Positions 54,201 through 64,000 of a DNA stretch of 64,000 nt are shown here, one piece after another. The position numbers and the translations under genes are program-made. The notes under the pieces are model-generated. The model saw only the letters and a program-made list of their open reading frames with translations. It was not told the DNA's origin and did not search any database. Positions within the stretch are counted from its first letter, which is position 1, and every line of letters starts with the position of its first letter. Source of the DNA: Lingula anatina (taxonomy: Eukaryota > Animalia > Brachiopoda); assembly GCA_051362555.1 (NCBI GenBank), contig CM120640.1:68550788-68614787 (forward strand), written 5' to 3'.

Positions 54201-54871
54201 GTGTATAACCATATTTAGCTATTTTTGCAGGTTTTTATTATCCATGTATTTTCATGTACAGTGTACAAGAGAACATTTGGGTCTTGTGCAAAAATCAAAA
54301 CATCCTATGGTGCAATGAAAAATAAATAGAATATTGATAATCTGATCCATAGCTGTTTAACATTGAGCTCTGGCCTATAACTTTTATAACTCTTTAGCAT
54401 ATGGTTGTTTTTTTATGGATATTGTCTTAAATGTGCCAATTGTGCAGTGTGTTGACAAAAGGTGGCATTATAAAACATATTTGTATTAATTCAGATCCAT
54501 CCTGCTGAACCTTGTACATTCCACATCCAAGGAAATTATAGACATCTATAGGAAACTTTTAGATGGAGGGAAGAAAGGAGAACCCAATATAACACAGAAC
54601 CAGGCCCTGCAACTGTTGTTTGATGTCAAGTTTCTTGTCCTTGTACTGCCAAAGCAAGAAGGCCCTGAGGTAGTTTTCTCTCATTCATTGAATACTTTTA
54701 AGCAAGCCTAGTTTCTGAACACTCTTATGTTCTATAAATAGCAATGTACAGTGGTGGAACAGGTGTATCCCTAATTAGATGTTTATATTCTTATATTCTG
54801 TGAAATAGTCAATTTCTCTTTCAAAAAAAAAGACACAGCCAATCTGAAAATGAATTTGTTAGTAACCTTGT

Positions 54872-54914
<43 letters not shown>

Positions 54915-56288
54915 GATTGAAAATGAATTGGTTGGTGTATAATCTAAGCCTTTTCTGGATCCTGATTAGAAAAAAAGTGTCATTTTTATTATATTCCTAT
55001 AATATTCAGGAGAAATCTCTGACAAGTGCAATAGAGAATGTGGTAGATGGGATTGAGAGCCACATAGACCCCTTTGATCTGGATGTGTTCAACCCGTACC
55101 TTAAGAAGCATGTTGGCAGACATGCTCAGAGATGTGCGGTATGAGCAATTGTTTGTTTGTTTGTTGTAATTTTAGGTTGATTTTATTGTTAAAGCAGGAG
55201 CTTATTTTCTATCACTAAATAGCATCTTTTGAGTCATTAATGTTTTCTTTATCATAAAAAAACCTGGATTGGAAAAGATAATGCAAATGGTTTTGCAGAT
55301 CTTTCATTTCTCAGCATCAGAAAATGGTTACACGTATATAAAAAAAACCTCAGTTAATCATGGTAATATTCATAAATATAGCTGAATATCAACACCATCA
55401 GCACAAAGTCTAGATTGATGCCAAATGACATTTCCATTCAAACTGAGGAAAATCTATAGGTTCTGAACAGTGTGTTTAAAAAGTCACATTTTTGAAAAAA
55501 TATTACTGTTTACTCAGGTAATCTACGGTGCCTTGACCAGCCTGGACAAACATGGCAGTGTCACAATGAGAGGTGGCGTTGCTGGGCAACATGAACAACA
55601 CAATGTTCTGCCACTGGCCTCTAACCAGATGAGGTTCCAGCTGTTACCACTCAGTACACAGCCCAGCAGAATGCCATCAGACATTAAACCAGTTATACCA
55701 CCTCCTGTGGCAAAGGTACTCTTGCTGTGCATATTCCCTAACACAAATTTCCCATGGGGTCCTCTAGGACATCCTTTATAAAATTGGCCCAAAATCCTAT
55801 AGTGTCCAAAGGACCCCTTTGGAAAATTGGCCATCTTAGATAGGAATCCTTTCTTAGATGGGATTGCTATGGAGTCCCATAGACTCCTATAGGATGTCTA
55901 TTAGGAAATTTTCGTTAGGGTTGAATGGGATTTTCAAGTAAAGGATACTTTTACAACTTTTAATATGCACAACTGGTTCGGGTAATTTAGTGACCATACG
56001 GATTAGTTTAGTAATGTGGTAATCAAATAGTAGAATTTTTAAATTAAAAAAAACTAAAAAATAGTTTGACCATTGACCACATGTATTTTTTTATGAAAAA
56101 TTTTGACCAGCACAGTGTAAATGTATGTCTTTGTAATACTGCTTTTTGTCCCATAGGTGGCAGCTCCATCAAGAAAAGAGAAAGAGAATCCTGTTCCACA
56201 ACCTCAACTGAAGGAGTCTAGTTCTTTCTACAATAGAATAGGGTCAATGGGTACATTGTGGTTTTCTAACATAGGAGGCAAAAATAAC
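42211..56288 (+). CDS. COG1: Conserved oligomeric Golgi complex subunit 1 (26 exons, ~955 aa)
   Basis: GT-AG exons: 42211-42232, 42957-43041, 43316-43360, 43480-43546, 44049-44155, 44483-44552, 44814-44993, 45317-45358, 45701-45787, 46119-46266, 46663-46710, 46936-46998, 47221-47302, 47518-47623, 47979-48175, 48435-48593, 49896-50081, 51795-51887, 52328-52432, 52734-52829, 53568-53658, 53800-53954, 54495-54669, 55010-55138, 55518-55715, 56157-56288(TAA); total 2868 nt in frame. Motifs: LFEKFTVDEIRQIERKIRSDIERKKEDLRQMVGERYRDLIEAADTI (Vps51-like N-terminus), QIKLLLDTPERIW, WDEVEIQEETEDG..SKIRVP, IDPFDLDVF. Confidence 0.95.
42626..42736. repeat. Short inverted repeat / MITE remnant in COG1 intron 1
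   Basis: TACTAAAATCCATGCGTTAGCACTCCTATTTA pairs with TAAATAGGAGTGTTAATGCATGTATTTTCGTG. Confidence 0.6.
49492..49748. mobile_element. 257-bp near-perfect palindromic MITE with TAA TSD (PIF/Harbinger-type)
   Basis: TAA-GGCTTCATTCACATGCAATGTC...GACATTGCATGTGAATGAAGCC-TAA; arms ~120 bp with few mismatches. Confidence 0.88.
50130..51600 (-). mobile_element. Degraded non-LTR retrotransposon (LINE) reverse-transcriptase fragment
   Basis: ORF 50792..51160 begins (LL)MDDTVILAT (RT catalytic DD) and has GMLI..KTKF and TYLGV motifs; upstream frames broken; boundaries approximate. Confidence 0.75.
52812..53060 (+). repeat. 26-bp tandem repeat spanning the COG1 exon 20 splice donor
   Basis: Units like CATAAGGCATACAG|GTAAATACTGGT with GT at 52830, 52856, 52882, 52908, 52934, decaying 3'. 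Confidence 0.85.
53966..54176. mobile_element. MITE related to 37802-38052
   Basis: Ends GAGGCTGTTCAGAAC / GTTCTGAATGACCCT; shared internal words TAACA.GCCTCCTCTTG, ATTCTACTCAA, GATTGCATTCAGC. Confidence 0.6.
55736..55920. mobile_element. Small MITE-like element (similar remnant at ~4594-4751)
   Basis: CCCTAACACAAATTTCC ... GGAAATTTTCGTTAGGG inverted termini; internal CCTATAGG palindromic words also present at 4594-4751. Confidence 0.55.
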
Positions 56289-58081
56289 TAGATTTGGTGA
56301 GTGTAATAAGATCTTTCAGAACTTCTAAACAGTTGAAGTGTGATAGCATGTTGTAAGTAGTTATGTGTATAATGTAAAGAGACCACAAGAGTGGGAGGGG
56401 GTGGGAGACCACAGATAGTTTATGTTCTCTTTTTTTATCCCTTTTTTGATGCAATGCTTCTGCCCTTCATAGATAAAATGAAATACTTCATTTTCTCCTG
56501 AGGTGAATAAAATTTAACAGCATTATAACCAATCAGAATGTGCTAAATTTGATGTTTTGACTATTACTTAACAGCATTTCTTGTATTATATAAACTGTTG
56601 ATATTATAGTTATGCATCCTTTGCAAAACTCAGTTTTTTTTTCTTTTTTGCATTTTCACTCTTCTCTCTAAAATTAGGATTGTTAATTTTGCTCATTTCT
56701 CTGAGGATTTAATCACCCCACAGGACTACATTTATAGAGCACAGAATAAAACTCTGCTGGCCAAGGTGTTAGAGCATAGGATAGAACTCAGTGCTTGCCA
56801 AGGTGTTACATCCTCTGGCAATCTTAAGCTCCTATCATGTAGAGTGTGTAGCCTTGGGTTTACTTTTCAAGCCACCGTCCCATGAGCAAGGAGGATTTTG
56901 CATGAGTTTCCTTGCAATTGAATTTCAACTTCTGAGTCGGAGTGATAACATGTAGTTGTTCAAATCTGGGACTTTATCCAATCATCTGTGTAGCCTGGCA
57001 ACATGATTAGTATTGACCTGCCTGGTTCTTCCTGTGACTTGAGATAACTTGGCTGGAGATAAATTGCTGAGACGGTCAGTGCTCTTTCCCGGGGTCATCA
57101 ATACCAGACAGAGTAATTGTATAGATCGGACAGGAGTGATAATTGGTAATCCATGTGTGCCATTTCCTACCACCATTATTGCTGACTGGTGGGTTCTGGG
57201 TTGGTGAAATTTGCAGGAGTGGGATTCCACCCACGTTGTTTATTGACACTTAATTTGGAGGTTCCCTAGTCATTAGAACATGGAGAATATGAAGCATATT
57301 TATGGGAGGGTTCTTTTATAGTGAAACAAAAAGGCTATGAAACTGTATATCCACAAAAGAAACAAAATATCAACCACTGACAATAGCAAAAGTGTTTGGG
57401 CGTTTTATTTCTTATTTTTTTACCAACCAGTTTATTCATCCATTTTCCTTTGATTGGATAAGAGTCAACCATGTTGTCATCAGTCATCAGTTTAATTTCT
57501 TGAGTTTGTCTGTGATGTTTTTGTCTCTGTCTAGGTGAGTCACAGAGTGTGGTCTGACTCACTGATGACAGTGTTTGTTATTTTGAAAATCAGACCAGGT
57601 TATTCTTGAATCAGAATCTGATTCCCATTGTATATAATGATAAAGAACTTAAATAGTATACATAACACAATGCACTTTCATCTACACTGATATTGAGAAA
57701 AGAGTAAGAACGCTGTGGGAGTTTTGGTGGTATGGCTGTGCACACCTGGGCTTGGGTGAAGTCACAAACTTAACTTGTTATTGAACATTGTCTCAAGTTG
57801 AATACCACAATTTGGCAGAAAGTTAAGCACCAGGAAGGTGTAGGTGCACTGGGGCATGCAGACCAGTAATTTCTCTCAGTTTGATGCATGTCAATTGCAC
57901 TAAGAGATAAGAATGAACATGTGTAGTATCAGCCAGAGAAATGAAGGGACGTGTACGCAGCCAAATATTACCCTCTAAGAACTTGCTAATTTGACATCAA
58001 GGGATTTCTTTTTATCTAGTTATGTTTGTTCAACACTTGCTTTTTTGGGCAGCTGGGTGATTAAAGAAAGCCCAGAAGATT

Positions 58082-61000
58082 TTATGGGAGGCAATTAACA
58101 TTTCCTGGTGAGTGGATCATCTGGGGCAGGTGCTCTGTGGGCCGCCGGCGGCGCAGGCTGTAACGAGGAAGGTGCAGTGTAGTGTGTGGAAGGCAGTGAG
58201 AACACACAGATTTGGAGGCAAATGAAATATGATCATGTTAGGCAATTGATTGATATGCATCTGAAATTGATGTAGTGCGTGCGTGCACGTGTGTGTGTGT
58301 GTGTGTGCGTGCGTGCGTGTGTGAGCATGCATGTGCCTAGGTGTGTGCATGTGTTTGAATGCATCCATGTTTGTATTATGTTGTTCCTCACATGTTAGTT
58401 GGTATTTAGTTCACACGGCAGGAAAAAGGAAAGAGGTCTTTCTCTCCATCACCCACCGTTGTCACAAACTAATAAGTGTCGATACTAGAAAAGGGGTAAG
58501 ATATAAATATATATCTGACCACTTCATTTGGAACACAACCTTCTAGGGGTGGGATAGAGGGAGATACAGCACTCACAGTAGTGGTTATCTTAGTTGATAA
58601 ATTAATTTTGGAATTTAACCATTGATTTGGCTAAAAAGCATTTTCAGCTAAAAGGTTTAGTCATTTGGGTGAGAGAAAATTGTATGCGTTTAAGCCCTGA
58701 TGCTTCTCATTTGATACTTAAGTTATTCACCAAGCTTAACGAATTGATTTTGATGAATTTTTAAAAAGTTTTGTGATATTCCCCTTAGGGGCTTGTGTAG
58801 ACTGTGCACCGCCAGGATTGATTAAAAAAAGAAAGAATCTGACAAACAAAAGTGGGCAGGTATTTGGGTGGTTAGAAGATGCAGGTGAGATATTTGCCAA
58901 GTCTAACATATCAAAGTATCATTTCCAAGCCAGCATCTTGACATGTTTACTTGTAATTGAATTTGTGCATCTTTATTTTAACATTAACCTTTCCAGAGTA
59001 ACAAAACAATAAAAAGTGTTTCCAGGAAGACAGGGCGATACCATCATTGAAATGGAATCTTATGTTGATGCAAACTGATAAAAAATGCTCAGAGGGTTTT
59101 TAGAAAGTCCAGCAATACTTTTTAAGGCCGCATTATAAGAATTAATGAAGTTCTTGGCATGGTCAGCATGGCCCTCATTGCCCATTTGTAGATTAGATTA
59201 AAGTGACAGATTCTGATCAAAACAAAATGACTGATTGCCTTTTAGGAGGACAGGACTTGGGCTAAAATCTGTCGGGAATGCCATTTGAGGACAGCTTTGA
59301 TGCAGATGTTATTTGGAACTTATTGCATTTTTCTATGCTCTTTTGATGGTGTTTCTTTATTAAATTTGAAAAGAATTAGCCAAAGTTTTCATCTTTTGAG
59401 GAGATTTGATGCATTATTCCCTATGAAAATTGCATGTGCTGCAGAAACAACACAATTAAGGTTTTGTTACACGTGATTTAGTTCTGCTTGATTCACTATG
59501 AATCTAAATCTTGTGTTCCATTGCAAAACATTATAATTGTGTAATTTTGAAGGAAAATAAATGACTTGTTCCCAGGAACATCTGATAAAGATACTCTTCA
59601 TTGATTTAATGAACTTTTGAAAACAAAAGGACATAGTTATCTGTGCCAATCCACAGATAATGCAATCATCATTTACAAATATAATGCGTCGGTAGTCGTG
59701 GGTAGATTATTAGGTCAACAGTTGAGATTGGTATTGATAGGAAATCTGTGCAGAAATGTGAAAACCATAGTCATGAGATTGGGTGTGTTTTTATTCTTTG
59801 ATTAAAGTAACATCTGGTAATCTTTGCCAAACAATCACAGTTGATTGTCATGGAGATAAAAGTTGGTTTTAATTTTTATCACATGATAGTTGTATGTCAT
59901 AATTCTGTTATTTTTTGGTGTTATTATTATTTTTATTAGTTGATATAGTAGTATAGGGTTTCTGTCCCTTTTGTGCTTTTTTCCTTTGACTTTTTTGAAA
60001 CTCCAAGACGTAGGTAACACATACATGAGAGAGAGAGAGAGAGAGAGAGAGAGTGTTAATTCAAGCCAAATTTTACCACTGCTGTGATGATAATGCACAA
60101 TAAATATCTATATATCAATAAGCTAAGACTAATGCTAATATGTAAAGTAATTTAAACAGTGAGAGCAGCACACCTTCTCTGGAATTTTTGTAAGAAAATA
60201 TCTTATGTAATTTATCCTCACTGGTACATTGCTGAAATTAGAGAAACTTTCTTTGGTTGCATGTATGTTATTGTTCTTAAGTCGGGTGCATTTTTTTGTT
60301 TGTGTTAGAACGGATTCAGCACAGCGGACTAACAGATCCACAGATCATATATGGCAACCCACTAAAAAGCTTGCTGCTCAATTCCCGATTAGACACAGAA
60401 TAGCTTCCCTGGCGGATTTACGCAACAAGCATTCAAGTGGGTCGGCTATATTTGATCCTTGGATCTGTTAGTCCACTGTCCTGAATGCGCTCTGTTTGTT
60501 GTACAAGATCAGATGTATTTCTGGTTTCTGGGCCAAGGATTGTCTACATGTTACAAAGAAAATTAAATGATGCGAATTGTTAAATGAATTATGAAGTGAT
60601 TATACTATGGGAGGCTGCCAGTGGCACATGTTTTTACCAAAGAAACATGGAAGTTCAGGCAATTTGGCAACAGTCCTCTGCTTTCTTATCACATCCACAT
60701 ATTCCCATTCAGCGTAGGGTTTGCAGCTTGCTGGATGTGTGGTGAATTTTAAGTGGTGCTCTTTGTTTTGTAGACAATTTCAAAACTATAGGTGTTACTC
60801 AAGAAGATCCACTATGTTATGTAGCATTAATGTCATCGAGATAGTATTTACTGCAGTCAAGATCCAAGTTTACAATACTCTTGCTTCAATAATTACTGAA
60901 CTACATTGAACATTGCTGTATACTATTATGTAATGAATGGGAATCACAAGAAATGGCCTAAAACGAGTCCTTTTGACATTATACAAGACTGGAAAACTGT

Positions 61001-61670
61001 TTTCGTTGGAGTTAACTTCTTAGCGATTAGGGTGAAACTCAAAATGTCTTCATAGAAGGCAATACAAAAGTGAAACCAAAACATGGTGAATCCATAGTGT
61101 TGTGCAATAGAGGGCAGTTCGAAAGATGTAGTTTGGCAAAAAAATATCTGTGGATAAATTCTTTTGGCTTTTATTGTCACATCACACTCACTAGTCTGCC
61201 CATGTTTTTGACCTCTCTTTTCTTCAAATCCTGGATTGATTTGTCCTGAATAGTAAGACTTTGGACTCTCTCAGATGATTCTCATTGTTTGCTATACAAT
61301 ATAAAAGATTATTTATAGGTGCTGTAACAAGCAACTCTCTTTCACTTTACTCATAACCAAACATTATCAAAAGAATCCCATCACAGACTGTACTTTTGAT
61401 AAATGATATGACTTTGTTCAAAGGACCATCCAGATGATATATGTTGATAAACAATAGTGATCCTGTAGACAATATATATAATATCACTTCATAAAATGAT
61501 TGCTCAAAAACAATATATTAATAGGATTTGGATGAGTTGTAAGTTGACAGTGAAGTTAGGCATTACAAGGAAGTATCAATGGACAGGTTGTTTTGGGAGT
61601 GCTGACCATGGAATTGAGAGCTGAGTGAGGGATGATTTGATGATGATCTTTCGTTGGTCATGGCAGCCGC
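58082..61670 (-). CDS. Possible 3' exons of a minus-strand gene entering from beyond the window
   Basis: Candidate exon 61670-61567 (cag|AAAMTNERSSSNHPSLSSQFHGQHSQNNLSIDTS..|gtaatg) is phase compatible with a GC-rich exon 58157-58082 (pyrimidine tract, cag|; LRRRRPTEHLPQMIHSPGNVNCLP*). No homology recognised. Confidence 0.25.
60307..60493. mobile_element. MITE with ~40-bp imperfect TIRs
   Basis: AGAACGGATTCAGCACAGCGGACTAACAGATCCACAGATC versus GATCCTTGGATCTGTTAGTCCACTGTCCTGAATGCGCTCT. Confidence 0.7.
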
Positions 61671-61911
61671 CTGGCATTGTGCAAAGATGCAGACATTGAA
61701 CAGATGTGCACTTAGCTCACCTGACATTTCAAAGTTTTTTTTTTTTACATTTACCTTTGGTTAATCATTTATTTTCTATTTTAGAAGCCTCCCTTCACTA
61801 TTTAAAGAGGGAATTTAATAGTCAACTCATAAATAAAAGGGAGGAGTCCAGCGTAAAGTTTTTTTGCCTGTCTTTTCTTCAGGTTACTAATTCAAACCCA
61901 AAAGAATATTT

Positions 61912-61954
<43 letters not shown>

Positions 61955-64000
61955 GCTAGTGGTGTATTTATGTCTATGTTTTATCAACAAAGGGCACTGT
62001 TTCAGTGTGGATTAATACCTGTGTTCTAATGAATCACATGTTTGAAAGGTCCCAAACTGTGAGGGGTTTTTCATTCTGTGCATGTACACTGTTATTGTAG
62101 CTCAAATGTTGAAGTTGGCGTAGTTATTGGTAAAATATGCACTAAAGGGAGATCGATATGTTGGGATTTTTTCTTCATCCTCTTAGATATTGTGGAAATA
62201 AGCATTGTCATGTCATGTGAAAATGCTGTCACATCAAAAATACATTGGGATGAATTTCCCAACTCGAACTGATGATGCATCAGTGTTTTTGGTGTGAAAA
62301 GTGTAATATCTTTTTCAAACAGATCTCCCTCACATGAACATCGAAGAACACTTTTTTGCATTATTTAATCACAACAATAAAAAACATGATCTGGTATCAG
62401 GAAATTTTCTTGAAAGGATTATTTCTGATTTTATCAGTAAAAAGGCATAAAAAGCCCATTGTTTAATTGAACATCTGAACTAGGGGCTTATGTCTCCTAA
62501 ATAAAACACCCGTATGTTTCATTAACTAGAGATTGTGATTAGATCTTGATAGGAACAGTGTTCCTTAATGCCACTGTAATTTGTGATTTTAACATAAACT
62601 GGGCAATGCCATCTGTGTGCGGTCTTAAATCTCAGTGAGATTGTTATTTTATGTTATTTTATTTAATTTTTTTATGAGACTCAATTTCCTATACAGAGGG
62701 AGCAACACAAAGCCAGCTATAGATACTCCAGCATACAATTTCTTCCCAAGAGAAAATGATTTAATTCTTTATTAAAGGATAGAGAAAGTACACTTGATCA
62801 GAGGACACGAGAGAATTTGATAAGAAAGTTTAATAAATCTGTAGCATTGTGCATCAAGGATATGAGAGGTGATGGAGTTTATTTTAGTGTGCTGGTATTT
62901 CCTGTGGGCCACATGTCACCTACCTAGCTGATTTGCATATAAACAATAATAGCAGTTATCTTAGGTGGCCCATGTATTGAGGCCAATCTGTGGAACTATC
63001 GGGACACCACACTGGTACATGGGGATTCGCAATCTGCATGGGCCAAACTGAGCACAATACATGCATACATATAAGTGTGCTTGTTTGTGTGTTTAGTGTA
63101 TGCATTGGGTTTTTTTTTTATGATGAAGCATTTCCTGTATTTGAACCAAACTTTCCATGCTACATAAAGTAGATAGGTTAATAGTCTTAATATACTCGTT
63201 TTGCCATTTGGCCACCAAGGTGGGCTTCTTGATGAATGATAAATTTAAAGCAGTTTGTAAGGTCTTAAATTTCTGTTCTTTTGGTTAACATTTCAAAGAG
63301 AGCCATATATATAGTTGTTACCTCGAACCCAAAAATACAGACTGATGAGGCTGCTATCTTTGAAAATCTCTGCAGTATTGATTTTATAGAATTTATTTCA
63401 TTCTTAGTGTTGGTACTGGTACTTTTAGTTTCAGATGGAAAGGTTTGGCTTCACCAGGTTTAAAAAATGATAGAAACACAGTTACTGTGTAATTTCTATA
63501 TTCTGGATTTGCGGTGTTTACATGAAAATCAAACATATCTGGTAGCCGCATTATATTATTAGATACAAGCCCAGGGTCTTGATTTCCTTGTTTATGACTT
63601 TTAGTGAGCTATCTTGAACAAAAGAAAACCACAAATAACAAAAAAAAAGTCCTGTACTGCACAGGTCAGAATGGGAACAGCGGAGAAGGCTGTTGAAGAT
63701 ATTCTCTCTGGTATTAGGAAGATTTCTCTTTACTAATCTAGAACTCTTGCAATGTTCATACCTCGTGGCAATTACCCTGAGTACTGGCGTGGACCAGTCG
63801 GCCCTGGCTTCAGAAAGTCAAGCCAATTTTAACCCCAGCAGCAAGTTGCCTGCTGGAGTGGCTGCCATATATAGACAACCCATGCAGTCAAAACAAGTCT
63901 GGCTGCAACATGATAGCTGGAATGCTTCTAAACTTAACCATGTGGGTTGCAGTTTGTTTGTATACCAATCACAGCTAGAATTAAAGAATTGCTGTTAACA

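Overview
AT-rich, intron-rich eukaryotic (invertebrate, probably lophotrochozoan/molluscan) genomic DNA. Read by hand, it holds three well-supported genes: the 3' 18 exons of AP5B1 (+, 1509-31690), a two-exon class A neuropeptide GPCR resembling the ecdysis-triggering-hormone receptor (-, 36442-32649), and a complete 26-exon COG1 (+, 42211-56288). A candidate orphan Pro/Ser-rich gene lies antisense inside the 14.4-kb AP5B1 intron. The two large AP5B1 introns are filled by two families of non-autonomous Helentron/HINE-like elements. Family A carries 146-bp tandem arrays rich in TGACCT half-sites, one with an 8-monomer higher-order duplication. Nesting is visible: family A inside family B, and a TTAA-flanked Kolobok-like element inside family A; empty-site paralogues within the window fix the insertion points. 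Also present: several MITEs, a LINE remnant, an old duplication in the GPCR/COG1 intergenic region and three local duplications of splice junctions. Most short ORFs in the six-frame track are spurious. All calls are by eye; no database searches were run.
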